64,000 nt of DNA, taken from NCBI GenBank assembly GCA_027485595.1, contig JAIXQT010000075.1:44589-108588 (forward strand). The letters run 5' to 3'. The position numbers and the translations under genes were made by a program. Below are positions 9,667-20,253 of this stretch, in pieces. The notes beneath the pieces are model-generated. The model ran no database searches, was not told where the DNA came from, and saw only the letters and a list, made by a program, of their open reading frames with translations. This stretch comes from Pseudomonadota bacterium (GTDB lineage Bacteria > Bdellovibrionota_C > UBA2361 > OMII01). The first letter of the stretch is position 1. Each line of letters opens with the position of its first letter.

Positions 9667-11964
9667 CTACAGCATATCCTGCGGATCAAGATCGAATACA
9701 ATCCGAGCGTTCTTTTCCCCCGCTGAGTCACGCTTTAATCGTAGCATGAGATTCTGCAACTTCGCGGCTGACTGCGCCTTGAAGAGGATGTGGTATCGCC
9801 AGTAATTTCGAACTTTCTCGACCGGAGCGGGCGCGGGGCCTAAGAGTGTCACGCCGAGCGTATCGCACGGCTCTGCGGCTCGACCTGCTATTCTCGCAGC
9901 GATAGTCGCGGCGCTATTTTTGTCCTCCGCTCCGACAATAATCCGTAAAAGACGCTGAAATGGCGGATATCCAAGCATCTCCCGCATCTCGAGCTCCTGT
10001 TTCGCGAAGCCGTGGTAGTTCGCCGCGATCGTCATTTGTAAACTTGCGTGTTGAGGTACCCGTGTTTGGAGGATGACGTGTCCCTGTTTCTCTCGACGAC
10101 CTGCGCGACCCGCTACCTGGGTGAGAAGTTGAAAGGCTCGTTCCCCAGCTCGAAAGTCGGGAACATGAAGGCCCACATCGCAATCGACGATACCGACAAG
10201 TGTCACATCAGGGAGATCATGCCCCTTCGCGATCATCTGGGTGCCGACCAAGATATCGATCTCTTTGGCGCGCATTTTGTGCAGTACTGCGGTGTAGTCA
10301 TCTATCGTTTTGACCGCGTCCCGATCGAGTTTAGCGATGCGAGCTGAGGGGAGAAGCTCGGAGATCTCCTCGAATACTCGCTCGGTCCCCGCTCCGCGTT
10401 GTTTGAAGAGGGGCTCGGCCTCAAGGTTTCCGGATGCGTGGGGATCCTTCGCCCCGCAACTCGAACAGGCAACCGGAGGAGGAGTGGTGAATCCACAGAA
10501 GTGACAGAGGAGGGAGTTCGAGTTTCTGTGATAGGTGAGGGTGACGCTACAGTGCGGACATCCGACCACGGTCTCACATCCAGTGCACTGTAAGTAGCTC
10601 GCGAAGCCGCGTCGGTTGTAGAGGACGAACGCTTGCTCTCCGCTGTGCAGCGCCTCTTTGAGGGCAGTGAGGAGCTTTGGTGATATATTTCGAGAGGGCA
10701 TCTCCCACGGCTTAAGGCGATTGAGGTCGACAAGGTCGAAGGAGAGGGGGCGTGAGGTAAAAAATCGACTCTTAAGGGTAAGGAGGTGGTGTTTGCCGGA
10801 CCTCGCGTGCTGGAAACTTTCAAGGGAAGGCGTAGCCGATCCGAGAACGATGGGACATCCAACGAGTTTGGCGCGCACAACCGCCAGGTCTCGGGCGTTG
10901 TACCGAATCCCCTCACCTTGTTTAAAGGAACCGTCGTGCTCCTCGTCAACCACGATAACACCGAGGTCTTTCATCGGCGCGAAGATCGCTGATCGAGCGC
11001 CGATAACGACCCTCGTTTCTCCCGAGAGAACACCGCTCCAGTGTTGCCACCGTTGATGTGGTTTTAGACTACTGTGAAGAACCGCGACCCGTTGACCGAG
11101 ACGGCTCTCGAACCGATCGAGAAGCTGTGGTGTGAGTGCTATTTCGGGCACCACCACAAGAGCTGATCGTCCGTGGTTGAGTGCCTCGATGATGAGTTCA
11201 AGGTATACCTCAGTTTTGCCACTCCCTGTGACGCCATGAAGAAGAAATGACGCAAAGGATCTCTCCTTCACGTGGGAGAGGATTGGGTGGGTGGCGTCCC
11301 GTTGCTCTTGAGACATCGCATCGATCAGCGATGTCGCAGTGGTTGTCAGACGCTCCGTTTGCTCGGAGGGAGGGGTGGGAGCGCTTTGTATCAATCCTTT
11401 TTCCTCAAGCGTTCGGATGATAGCAGAGGAGACATCACATGCCTGACGCACCACGGAGGTCTGGGTCCATGTATTCTTCCGTGAAAGATAGTCGATAACC
11501 CGCTGTTGCGCCGAACCCAGTTTGGTTGAGGGGAGAGGGGACGTGACGTTGATGAAGGGATCTTTACGGCCAAAGGCGGGTGTTGGAACAGCCACATCGA
11601 GGATCTTTGAGAGAGGTTCCGCGTAGTACTTTGCGATCCACTCGAAGAAGGCGAGGTGCTCTTCGGTAAAAGCTTTTAGGGGCCGAGATGAGGAGGGGAT
11701 TGGTTTAATCTTAACCCCGCGCTGAATCACCTCTCGAGCTGCCTCTCGTTCTCGCTCCGAATTAGCCGATATGACGAATCCTGGCACAGCGCGACGTCCA
11801 AGCTGCACTTCAATCAGGCAGCCGACGGAGATATCTGCGCATACCGTTGGGTCGAAGGCGTACAGGTATTCACCCTCGAGGGGCGGCACGACCACGGTGA
11901 CCAGGGAACCTGGTATCTCCTGAACTGGAGGCGTTGGTGTGTCTATGAGGGATAATTGCGCCAT
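9667..11964 (-). CDS. priA: Primosomal protein N' (replication restart helicase PriA)
   Basis: Walker A GVTGSGKTEVY, DEAH box VVDEEHD and the PriA Cys-rich zinc-binding cluster (CTGCETVVGCPHCSVTLTYH..CHFCG). The start MAQLSLID is chosen by analogy to PriA N-termini. Confidence 0.9.
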   Translation of the reverse strand: MAQLSLIDTPTPPVQEIPGSLVTVVVPPLEGEYLYAFDPTVCADISVGCLIEVQLGRRAVPGFVISANSEREREAAREVIQRGVKIKPIPSSSRPLKAFTEEHLAFFEWIAKYYAEPLSKILDVAVPTPAFGRKDPFINVTSPLPSTKLGSAQQRVIDYLSRKNTWTQTSVVRQACDVSSAIIRTLEEKGLIQSAPTPPSEQTERLTTTATSLIDAMSQEQRDATHPILSHVKERSFASFLLHGVTGSGKTEVYLELIIEALNHGRSALVVVPEIALTPQLLDRFESRLGQRVAVLHSSLKPHQRWQHWSGVLSGETRVVIGARSAIFAPMKDLGVIVVDEEHDGSFKQGEGIRYNARDLAVVRAKLVGCPIVLGSATPSLESFQHARSGKHHLLTLKSRFFTSRPLSFDLVDLNRLKPWEMPSRNISPKLLTALKEALHSGEQAFVLYNRRGFASYLQCTGCETVVGCPHCSVTLTYHRNSNSLLCHFCGFTTPPPVACSSCGAKDPHASGNLEAEPLFKQRGAGTERVFEEISELLPSARIAKLDRDAVKTIDDYTAVLHKMRAKEIDILVGTQMIAKGHDLPDVTLVGIVDCDVGLHVPDFRAGERAFQLLTQVAGRAGRREKQGHVILQTRVPQHASLQMTIAANYHGFAKQELEMREMLGYPPFQRLLRIIVGAEDKNSAATIAARIAGRAAEPCDTLGVTLLGPAPAPVEKVRNYWRYHILFKAQSAAKLQNLMLRLKRDSAGEKNARIVFDLDPQDML

Positions 11965-12125
11965 CGTCAGGGTATTGTACCCCGTTACAGGTAAGTTGGA
12001 AGCGTCGAATACTGGAAATGGATCCCGGCCACGCGGCTGATGTGCCATCGTTGCTGCGCGCCGACGTTGTTATTTGGTAAGAGGTTGATTTCCTTGTCTC
12101 CTGACCCTGCACAACATCGATAAAG

Positions 12126-13064
12126 GTGCCTTCTCCCGCGCAACACTTAGCCTTCATTCTCGATGTATGTCTCAGGAGTATGGCGCGAGGTATGAGAGCT
12201 TTTCTTCAGAGATGGTGGCACGGACGAGATCCGATTCTAGGGATAGATGTGCGTGATGACAGTATTGTGGTCTCGGATATCAATCTGAGCGGCTCGAATC
12301 GTTGGCTCAAGATATCCGATGGTTCCCGCGAACCTGGCAGTCGTGGACCTCTCGTTGATCCAGACCTCTTCATATCAAATATTCGGGAATTCATCGCCGC
12401 TGGGCCGTTGCCCATAGAACGGTGCGCCGTCGCGTTGCCGGAGAGCCTTACCTACATGGCCTCCGTTACGCTCCCCAAAAATATTCCCCAAAAGGCGGAG
12501 GACGTGAGGTATGAAGCGGCCCTTGAAGGGGCATATCTTCGTCGCCACGACGTTCGCGGAGCGATATATCCTCTTTGCGAAGACGGTTCCAGGGTACTCG
12601 TTGTCGCGGTGAAAATCGCGGAGGTGGAAGCGCTGGAGAGCGCTCTTCGTTTAATCGGTCTCGAGGTTTCGTGTCTCACACCCCGTGTGTTCGCGCTCCA
12701 TCATCTCGTTGCGCTATCTGGTGTGGAGGTAACGGCCGATCTGGTAGCGTACTGTGATAATACCGCGACGATTCCACAGTTTCATCTCTTTCAACGCCCC
12801 TTCTATCTCGCCTCGGCTCGTGGATGCCCGGACTTCTTGAAAGCGCTCGAACGAATTGCGTATTCAGAGCGAAGCGAGAATAAGAGGCGCGGAATCTCTC
12901 TCTTCCTACATGGCCAACATCCAACCGAGATAGGGCCCCAACACCGAGATTTTTTTTGTCAGGTCGTGAACCTCACCACAGTGCCCTTACCGCGCGGCCT
13001 TACCCTGGCTCAAGATCAGGTGGTGCCCGCCGCTCTGTCGTTGTGGGAGACACGCCATGTATAG
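12126..13064 (+). CDS. pilM: Type IV pilus assembly protein PilM (actin-like ATPase fold); true start probably ~12180-12195
   Basis: The N-terminal ILGIDVRDDSIVVSDI matches the PilM/FtsA-like start. Its position is upstream of the pilN, pilO and pilQ homologs. Confidence 0.6.
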   Translation: MPSPAQHLAFILDVCLRSMARGMRAFLQRWWHGRDPILGIDVRDDSIVVSDINLSGSNRWLKISDGSREPGSRGPLVDPDLFISNIREFIAAGPLPIERCAVALPESLTYMASVTLPKNIPQKAEDVRYEAALEGAYLRRHDVRGAIYPLCEDGSRVLVVAVKIAEVEALESALRLIGLEVSCLTPRVFALHHLVALSGVEVTADLVAYCDNTATIPQFHLFQRPFYLASARGCPDFLKALERIAYSERSENKRRGISLFLHGQHPTEIGPQHRDFFCQVVNLTTVPLPRGLTLAQDQVVPAALSLWETRHV

Positions 13065-13590
13065 AGTCAACCTCATGACAAGCCCGTCATGGACCGTGGT
13101 AGAACTACGCGCGTTATGTGTCAGGCAGCTCACCTGCGCATGCTGTGTGCTAGCGGCGTTGTGGGGCGGAACCTTCATCCTGCATTACTGGGGTGGATGT
13201 TCGAGTGCTCAGGCATCATCAAAGATGGGTGGCTCGGCGGAGCAGATAGAGCGATGTCGGGCTGAGCTCGAAGAATCTGAGCGTGTGTATCGATGGCTTT
13301 CCGAGAGTAATGAATCGCGTGCGCAGCCCGCGCAAATCCTGATCGCTCTGGAAAAGATAATGCCCTCTGATGTGTGGCTCAGAGAGATCGTTGTTTCCGA
13401 GGGGAGCGTGCGCATTATCGGGTTATCTCGCTCGGAATCGTCGGTGGCGAATTTTCAGGGCGGCTTGGTGGATAGTGGCGTTTTTCGGCATCCCCGTCTT
13501 GAGTCCTCCCAGGTAGCGCACGATGTCTCAACGGATTGCCGAGAGTTTCGAATATCCGCGGATATGGCGCCTCGACGAGGTGAGCGTTGA
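13057..13590 (+). CDS. pilN: Type IV pilus assembly protein PilN
   Basis: The N-terminal MYRVNLM resembles the conserved PilN INLLP motif. It is followed by a single TM helix and a periplasmic domain, and it overlaps the pilM stop. Confidence 0.6.
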   Translation: MYRVNLMTSPSWTVVELRALCVRQLTCACCVLAALWGGTFILHYWGGCSSAQASSKMGGSAEQIERCRAELEESERVYRWLSESNESRAQPAQILIALEKIMPSDVWLREIVVSEGSVRIIGLSRSESSVANFQGGLVDSGVFRHPRLESSQVAHDVSTDCREFRISADMAPRRGER

Positions 13591-13768
13591 CAATGAAGAG
13601 GGGGAAAAGAATGCAACTGGTACCAGAAGGCAGCTCCTCGCGGTTGCACATCACGGACTGCCACGTCGTCAGAGCGCCGGGAAAAAGCTCCCTCGGTGTC
13701 TTAGTGGAGCCCCCTCTGAGCCGTGTGCTCGTCTTATCGTTGTTGGTACACATCCCGAGGCGCCCGCT

Positions 13769-14359
13769 ATGAAGGCAGCTTGGAGACCCGTCCTACTCAA
13801 CCGAGTATGCATGCGACTACGGTGTGTGTCTCGCCGACGCATGTATCTTCTCGGCGTGGGATTTCAACTGAGTGTTGTTGTCCTTGGTGCGCGCGCATTT
13901 GTTGTGCCCGAGGTGAGTGCGCTCCGAGAGTGCATTGCGTTACGTCTCGAGGAGCGCGCCGTCTTTGATTACCAATCGCAGGCGAGAGACGCGACCCGAG
14001 AACTGGCGTCACGGTTGGAGGAGGTGAGGGCCAAGCTTCGAGCCTTCGGTGAACTGAGCGTGGACGGAGGCCAGGTCCACTCGATTGCTCGAGCGTATGC
14101 GGATCATGCCAGCCTCAAACTTACGAGTTTTGTCGCGATGGAAACGGAAGGGGAGTATCTCGTGAACGTTGAGGGAGCATTTAATAACGCCGTTGTGTTT
14201 GCAGCGATTCTTGAGAGCCACCCCTCTACGCTCCGAGTGAGAAGGTTCAACGCGCACGTTGTCGAATCCTCGATTGATCGAATCGGGCTTGAGATCCTCA
14301 TCAAAAAATCGCCCCATGCGTCTGTCGGCCCGCGCTCCTGCTCTCTTCAGCGAGAGTGA
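13769..14359 (+). CDS. pilO: Type IV pilus assembly protein PilO (start uncertain)
   Basis: A short basic N-terminus, a TM helix (MYLLGVGFQLSVVVLGARAFVV), a coiled-coil and an alpha/beta core, in the canonical position between pilN and pilQ. Confidence 0.5.
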   Translation: MKAAWRPVLLNRVCMRLRCVSRRRMYLLGVGFQLSVVVLGARAFVVPEVSALRECIALRLEERAVFDYQSQARDATRELASRLEEVRAKLRAFGELSVDGGQVHSIARAYADHASLKLTSFVAMETEGEYLVNVEGAFNNAVVFAAILESHPSTLRVRRFNAHVVESSIDRIGLEILIKKSPHASVGPRSCSLQRE

Positions 14360-14725
14360 CGTTGTTTTGTTTTTGTGTGTGACGGTGGTTGATTCCTTGC
14401 TGTGTAAGATTACAACTCGGGATTTCCAAAAATTCAGCGACCTTTGAAAAGACGGTGCCATCTCATCTTGGAGAGTTCGAATCATCAATCGTCATCCAAG
14501 CGAAGACTACCTTGGTTGAGAGAGATGAGTGGAGTGTAAAGGACGACGAGCTCTTGTGTGACCTTCGCCCTGTTTTTCCGGTGAGGGTTTTTCCGGAGAG
14601 GTTTTTCAGAAAGGGCCCCGTGGCATGTGCCGACAGCTGAGCGCAAAACACAAAATGCGAATGAGGAGCTCCAAGAGCTGTGCTGGCGGGTGCTGGGTTG
14701 ACGTGGCGGTTTTGAGGGGGAATGA

Positions 14726-17371
14726 ATGAAGTCTCTCATAGGTAATCAACGAATCCTGAGAGCGACACTCATGGTTGCGCTCACAGTCGTATCGTCGGTA
14801 GAGGCGGAGCCGCCGAGTTCCTCTGCTTTTGCTGGCCGCTCGGTCGTTCCACATTCAAAAGGTAACGTTGGCGTTCAGGTCGCGCACAGTAACGGTGTTG
14901 ATCAGGTCGCAATCGACACAGATTCGGAGCAACCAGTCTTCCAGGTAAAGCGGCTTGAGAATCCATCCCGACTCATCATCGACCTTACATCTCAAAGGAT
15001 TAGTTCCAGTAAATCCCTCGCGATCGCTGACTTGGATAGGGTTTCATCTATTCGCATTGGCGCTCAACCAACTTCAGGGCGGATCGTTATGGATCTGGCT
15101 GAAGGACAGAACATCACCCATAACGTTCGCTCCGAGGGCGGAAAGATAGTTGTTACCCTCTCATCAGGCGGCACGAATGTCGTTCATGAGGTGACCCAAG
15201 CTCCGGATTCTCGAAAAGCCGAAAAGCCTTCAGTTCTCCCGATAAAATCAGAGCCTCGATTGCCGGATGTTGAAGAGCGTGACGACGCGAATACAGAGCG
15301 CCTTATGAAGATAGAGAAGGCCGTGGTGCCGGCCTCTTTGAAGAACTCCGCTCCATCTGTCTCAACCACAGATATGGAGAAGAAAGAGCAAACTCCAAAG
15401 GTCGAGGCCCCAAAGCTCAAGGATCTCAAGCCCGCGATCGAGCAAGCCGTTGCGCCGCAGAGCTCTGACCTCTTAACCAAAGAGGTTTCGATCCTTCCGA
15501 TCTCCGCTACCACGACTGCGGACATCACTCGGGTGAAAAGCGTTCGTCTCTCCTCATCGCATGGCGCGACAACCTCGGTAGCGGTCGATGTCGAGACGAC
15601 GCCTGAATTTACGATTGAGCGAACAGCTCCGTCCGAATACGTGTTAACCCTGAAGAATACGACCCTTCCCGAAAGCGCGTTGAGCGCGACTTTGTTCTCG
15701 GAGTCTCAAACAGCTCCTATTCGGTCTGTGCGATCAACCGTGCGGGGACGAGATGCGCTTATCCGAATCTTTGCGCAACCTGATACGTATTTGACGGCCC
15801 GAGTTGCTGGTGCGCAGGTAGTCGTGGAGGAGACAAAGGATCTCAAGCAGGTTGTTCAGGATATGCGCGCGCAGCTTGCGCCTAAGAACGCTCCCTCACC
15901 CGCCGACGCAAAAGAGAAGTCCCTACCGGAGAATAAAGAGAAGATCGCTCCAGTCGTCAAGGACAACGCTGTGGCCGCGAAAGCAGAACCCGCGGTCAAA
16001 ACGACTACGGATGAGGAGATGTCTGAGAGCGAGGTGCGGTCGTTGCTTGGCGATACGGCTAAATACACCGGCAAACTGATCTCGCTTGACCTCCAAGATA
16101 CAGACATCGATAACGCCCTTCGGATTATTGCGGAGGTTTCAAATCTCAATATAGTCGCGAGTGAGGATGTGCTCGGAAAGGTAACTCTTCGACTTACAGA
16201 TGTACCATGGGACCAGGCGCTTGACGTGATCCTGAAGACGCACGGCCTTGATAAGGTGCTCGAAGGAAATGTGATGCGTATCGCTCCGATCGATAAGCTT
16301 CGCGTTGAGCGCGAGTCGCTGAAGCAGGCTCAGATCGCCGACATGGAGCTTGCCCAGCTCTTGGTAAAATATATCCGGGTCAGCTATGGTAAAGCCTCTG
16401 AGCTTAAGAGCTTGGTTGAGACCGTTTTGTCGGAGCGTGGTACTGTAGCCTACGACGAGCGGTCTAATCAGCTTATCGTGAAGGATATCCAATCCGGCCT
16501 CGATAATGTGACCGAGCTCGTTTCGAAGATCGATCTTCGGACACCCCAAGTTCTTCTTGAGACGCAGATCGTTGAGGCTAGTCGAAATCTTACCCGAGAT
16601 TTGGGTAGTGAACTTGGGTTTCAATACATTCAGTCTCCATCAACTGGTAACGGCACGGGCATGAATTTCCCGTCCGCGGTATCGGTAGGCGGAACGCTCG
16701 CGAACAACGGTCTCGGTGCCTCTGCGTTCCCAGCCGCGGTATCAGCTACGGCCGGTTCAGCTGTGAGTATGTTGTTTGATAGCGCAGATGGTAGCAAGAC
16801 ACTGGAGCTTCGGCTCACTCAGTTAGAGGCAGAGGGACGTGTTCGGATCGTGAGCCGTCCGGCGGTCGCTACGACTAACAATAAGCCAGCCGAGATTAAG
16901 AGCGTTGAGAAGTATCGCGTTAGGCTACCAAGCGGAGGAACCTCGGTCGCTACTGGTCAGGGATCGACAGCAAATGGAACGGGAGGCACCGCTACAGAGG
17001 TTATCGAGGCGGGAATCGTTCTGAACGTCACTCCTCAAGCATCTCCTGACTACTACATCTTGCTCGATATCAAGGCTAAGTCCAGCACCTTTGGAACCTC
17101 GACGGTGGAGGGCATTCCGAACGAGGTGGAGCGGAGCGCAAGCTCGTCAGTTCTCGTGTCGAGCGGTCAGACGTTTGCTCTCGGCGGAATCTACAAGCTC
17201 ATGGATAAAGATGATGTGACTGGAGTTCCGTTCATCAAGGATATCCCGGTGCTTGGGACGTTCTTCCGACGTCTGCAGACCACCAACACTGATGAGGAGC
17301 TGTTGTTCTTCATTACGCCGCGAATCGTTGAGGGAAGCTTCGACAATTCAATTATGAAGTCTGACTCCTAG
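14726..17371 (+). CDS. pilQ: Type IV pilus secretin PilQ with N-terminal AMIN domain(s)
   Basis: It has a signal peptide, AMIN-like segments (PSRLIIDLTSQ...GRIVMDL) and a C-terminal secretin domain (RTPQVLLETQIVEASRN...VPFIKDIPVLGTFFR...LLFFITPRIV). Confidence 0.85.
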   Translation: MKSLIGNQRILRATLMVALTVVSSVEAEPPSSSAFAGRSVVPHSKGNVGVQVAHSNGVDQVAIDTDSEQPVFQVKRLENPSRLIIDLTSQRISSSKSLAIADLDRVSSIRIGAQPTSGRIVMDLAEGQNITHNVRSEGGKIVVTLSSGGTNVVHEVTQAPDSRKAEKPSVLPIKSEPRLPDVEERDDANTERLMKIEKAVVPASLKNSAPSVSTTDMEKKEQTPKVEAPKLKDLKPAIEQAVAPQSSDLLTKEVSILPISATTTADITRVKSVRLSSSHGATTSVAVDVETTPEFTIERTAPSEYVLTLKNTTLPESALSATLFSESQTAPIRSVRSTVRGRDALIRIFAQPDTYLTARVAGAQVVVEETKDLKQVVQDMRAQLAPKNAPSPADAKEKSLPENKEKIAPVVKDNAVAAKAEPAVKTTTDEEMSESEVRSLLGDTAKYTGKLISLDLQDTDIDNALRIIAEVSNLNIVASEDVLGKVTLRLTDVPWDQALDVILKTHGLDKVLEGNVMRIAPIDKLRVERESLKQAQIADMELAQLLVKYIRVSYGKASELKSLVETVLSERGTVAYDERSNQLIVKDIQSGLDNVTELVSKIDLRTPQVLLETQIVEASRNLTRDLGSELGFQYIQSPSTGNGTGMNFPSAVSVGGTLANNGLGASAFPAAVSATAGSAVSMLFDSADGSKTLELRLTQLEAEGRVRIVSRPAVATTNNKPAEIKSVEKYRVRLPSGGTSVATGQGSTANGTGGTATEVIEAGIVLNVTPQASPDYYILLDIKAKSSTFGTSTVEGIPNEVERSASSSVLVSSGQTFALGGIYKLMDKDDVTGVPFIKDIPVLGTFFRRLQTTNTDEELLFFITPRIVEGSFDNSIMKSDS

Positions 17372-17396
17372 GATTCTACCGTTGAAGGAATTTGCT

Positions 17397-18257
17397 ATGA
17401 CACAGTACAGAGGCCTCCTCACTATCCTGATATCGATGTGTGCGATGATTGGGTGTGGCGGAAATGGAGCGTCTAATAATGACCAGGGGGTCTCGGTTAC
17501 CTTTCTTGGGGTCTTCGATGGTAGCTCGTCAGGGACATCAAATGGAACTCCGGTGCCCACCCCAACACCGAGTAGCACCACAAACGGATGCGGAGCCTTG
17601 CCGACGACTATTCTGACTGGCGCGATGCTGAACCTGGATCAAGCGGCGATGATACAAAACGGGACATTCCTGGCCTCCGTAGGACTACAAAACAATTTGC
17701 ATGGCCAGTTCTTTAGAGCGGATCGACTGCTCCTTGAGTACTTTATCCCTGGTTCATCTGTGCAACCGCCATCCACCACCTTTGCGCTTAACTTGCTCGC
17801 CGGTCCGGCTGAGGGTAGGGATCAGGGGGGGGCGAACTCGACGGGCGGAATACGACGGCCCATCGTGACGAGCCTTCCTCCATCGTTTCGCTCAAACTGC
17901 AATAGGGCTTTTGCTCAGGTGCCGCTTATTCCTCCAGCGATATTTGAATGGCTCGCCTTTAATCGGAACCAACTTCCAGCCACGCCTTTTGACATGGAGG
18001 TCGTGATTACCTTGACCGGATTGTCGTCGAGTGGGGACAGATATGACACCAATCCTGGAGCGTTCGGAATTATCGTAACGTCGGGTGGTGTGAACACCAA
18101 CGGGGACGTCTCTTCGAATTCAGACGCTACCGCCGAGGGGGGTGACGAGGCGCCCTCCTCCACACTGAGCGCGCCGCACGCCGGTGATGAGGATGAGCAG
18201 GGGCTTGAGGAGCTGGAGAGCGCTTTCAACACCGAGTCGGTGGTTGAGGGGGAATAG
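17397..18257 (+). CDS. Hypothetical lipoprotein with acidic C-terminal tail
   Basis: Signal peptide plus lipobox (LISMCAMIGCGG). The RBS AAGGA sits 8 nt before the ATG at 17397. The product is Gly/Ser/Thr-rich and has no known domain. Confidence 0.45.
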   Translation: MTQYRGLLTILISMCAMIGCGGNGASNNDQGVSVTFLGVFDGSSSGTSNGTPVPTPTPSSTTNGCGALPTTILTGAMLNLDQAAMIQNGTFLASVGLQNNLHGQFFRADRLLLEYFIPGSSVQPPSTTFALNLLAGPAEGRDQGGANSTGGIRRPIVTSLPPSFRSNCNRAFAQVPLIPPAIFEWLAFNRNQLPATPFDMEVVITLTGLSSSGDRYDTNPGAFGIIVTSGGVNTNGDVSSNSDATAEGGDEAPSSTLSAPHAGDEDEQGLEELESAFNTESVVEGE

Positions 18258-18406
18258 AGGCTGTGTTCCCCCACGGTCGGCTGGGTAGCCTGGGGTGCGC
18301 CATATCGAGATCCACCACCTAAGTAGTTGTACTTACGCAGCTTGAGCTGGAAAATTTCAGACTTGGTATTGGCTTTATCTCGCCTTCGTGGCTAGGATAC
18401 GCCCCC

Positions 18407-18868
18407 ATGGATATCAAGGACATTGAGAACATCATCAAGATACTGAAACAGAACGAGGTAACCGAGTTCGAGCTTGAGCAAGAGGGAACTCGCGTCAAGC
18501 TCTCCAGAACGACTGGTGGCACCTATGTGACCTCAGAGGCTCGTTACGAGATGGTTCCGGCGGTGCAGGTTTCTATGGCCGCTCCGGCTGCCGCTCAAGC
18601 CGCCCCGCAGGAGGACCTCGGCCGTTATGTGAAGGTTGAGTCTCCGATCGTCGGTACGTTCTACCGTAAACCTTCACCGGACGCTGATGTGTTCGTGAAA
18701 GAGGGCGATACGGTAAGCAAAGGTGATACCCTTTGTATCATTGAAGCCATGAAGCTCATGAACGAGATTGAGGCACCCACGTCCGGCAAGATCGTAAAGG
18801 TCCTCGGAGTAGAGGGACAGGTTATCGAGTTTGGTGAGGTTCTCTTCCTCATCGACCCAGCTGTGTAA
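18407..18868 (+). CDS. accB: Acetyl-CoA carboxylase biotin carboxyl carrier protein
   Basis: Biotinyl-lysine motif [11 protein letters not shown] with a C-terminal lipoyl/biotinyl fold. It sits immediately upstream of accC. Confidence 0.9.
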   Translation: MDIKDIENIIKILKQNEVTEFELEQEGTRVKLSRTTGGTYVTSEARYEMVPAVQVSMAAPAAAQAAPQEDLGRYVKVESPIVGTFYRKPSPDADVFVKEGDTVSKGDTLCIIEAMKLMNEIEAPTSGKIVKVLGVEGQVIEFGEVLFLIDPAV

Positions 18869-18891
18869 TCACACCTACGGCGGTACTTCAG

Positions 18892-20250
18892 ATGAGTTCT
18901 GTGCCATTTCAAAAAGTTCTCGTAGCGAACCGCGGCGAGATCGCGCTTCGTATCATCCGCGCTTGTCATGAGCTCGGTATCAAAACTGTTGCAGTTCACT
19001 CGAAGGCGGATGAAGACGCGCTTCACGTTAAGCTCGCCACCGAGAGCGTGTGCATCGGGCCTGCTTTAGCGAAAGAAAGCTACTTAAACATCGCCTCTAT
19101 TATGTCAGCGGCCGTAGCGACACGTGCCGACGCCATTCATCCTGGATATGGATTCCTGAGTGAGAACGCGGCGTTCGCTGAGATCTGCGCGAGTTGTGGG
19201 ATTACCTTCATCGGACCAACAGTTCGCAGCATGCGCATCATGGGCGACAAGGCCCGCGCGCGTCGAGTGGCCGATAAGGTCGGAGTTCCGACGATTCCGG
19301 GCGACAGCAAGGGGATGCTTGACGCGGCAGAGGCTTTGAAAGCCGCTGACAAGGCTGGGTATCCGATCCTTCTGAAGGCGTGCGCCGGAGGCGGTGGACG
19401 TGGAATGAAGATCGTGAAGGGGCCGGAGGAGTTCGTTTCTACCTTCCAGACCGCGCAACGTGAAGTTGAGGCCGCTTTCGGTGATGGACACCTTCTGGTG
19501 GAGAAGTATCTTCCAAAGGTGCGGCACATCGAGGTTCAGGTCGCTGGAGATCTCTCTCACAACGCCATTCACCTCGGTATTCGAGATTGCTCTATTCAGC
19601 GCCGATATCAAAAGGTGATCGAGGAGTCTCCCTCGATAGGATTGCCTGAAAGTCTTCAAAGTCAGATTCAGGACGCGGCGCTTGAGCTTATTAAGTCTGT
19701 GAACTACTCCAGTCTCGGAACTGTTGAGTTCCTCGCTGATCTTGAGAACGAGAAGTTCTACTTCATTGAGATGAATACCCGATTGCAGGTAGAGCATCCG
19801 GTGACCGAGATGGTTACTGATGTGGACCTTGTGAAGGAGCAGATACGACTAGCTGCTGGCATGGAGCTTTCTTGGCAGCAGAAAGATATCAAGATCACCG
19901 GTCACGCGATTGAGGCTCGTATTAACGCTGAGGATCCTCGGACCCTCATTCCATCTCCCGGACTGATTAAGAGCTACCATCCACCTGGAGGAAATGGAGT
20001 TCGCGTTGATTCAGCGATTTACGCTGGATACTCCGTCAAGCCGTACTACGATTCTCTTATCTCTAAGTTGATCGTTCGAGATAAGGACAGAGCGTCATGC
20101 ATCAAGAAGCTCTTAGTAGCTCTCGACGAGTACCTGATCGACGGTATTTCGACGAACATTGAGCTCCACCGAAGAATCTTGTCGCACCCTGATTTCCAGA
20201 GTGGTAACTTCTCCACGAAGTTCCTCGATCAAGTTCAACTCTTCGGCTAG
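18892..20250 (+). CDS. accC: Acetyl-CoA carboxylase biotin carboxylase subunit
   Basis: The ATP-grasp biotin carboxylase signature (KVLVANRGEIALRIIRAC...EMNTRLQVEHPVTE) is present throughout. Confidence 0.9.
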   Translation: MSSVPFQKVLVANRGEIALRIIRACHELGIKTVAVHSKADEDALHVKLATESVCIGPALAKESYLNIASIMSAAVATRADAIHPGYGFLSENAAFAEICASCGITFIGPTVRSMRIMGDKARARRVADKVGVPTIPGDSKGMLDAAEALKAADKAGYPILLKACAGGGGRGMKIVKGPEEFVSTFQTAQREVEAAFGDGHLLVEKYLPKVRHIEVQVAGDLSHNAIHLGIRDCSIQRRYQKVIEESPSIGLPESLQSQIQDAALELIKSVNYSSLGTVEFLADLENEKFYFIEMNTRLQVEHPVTEMVTDVDLVKEQIRLAAGMELSWQQKDIKITGHAIEARINAEDPRTLIPSPGLIKSYHPPGGNGVRVDSAIYAGYSVKPYYDSLISKLIVRDKDRASCIKKLLVALDEYLIDGISTNIELHRRILSHPDFQSGNFSTKFLDQVQLFG

Positions 20251-20253
20251 TTA

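Noticed and set aside
13587-13772. 61-aa ORF between pilN and pilO
   Set aside because: It could indicate a frameshifted longer pilO. But it has no PilO-like features, and the 13769 start gives a normal PilO N-terminus, so I left it out.
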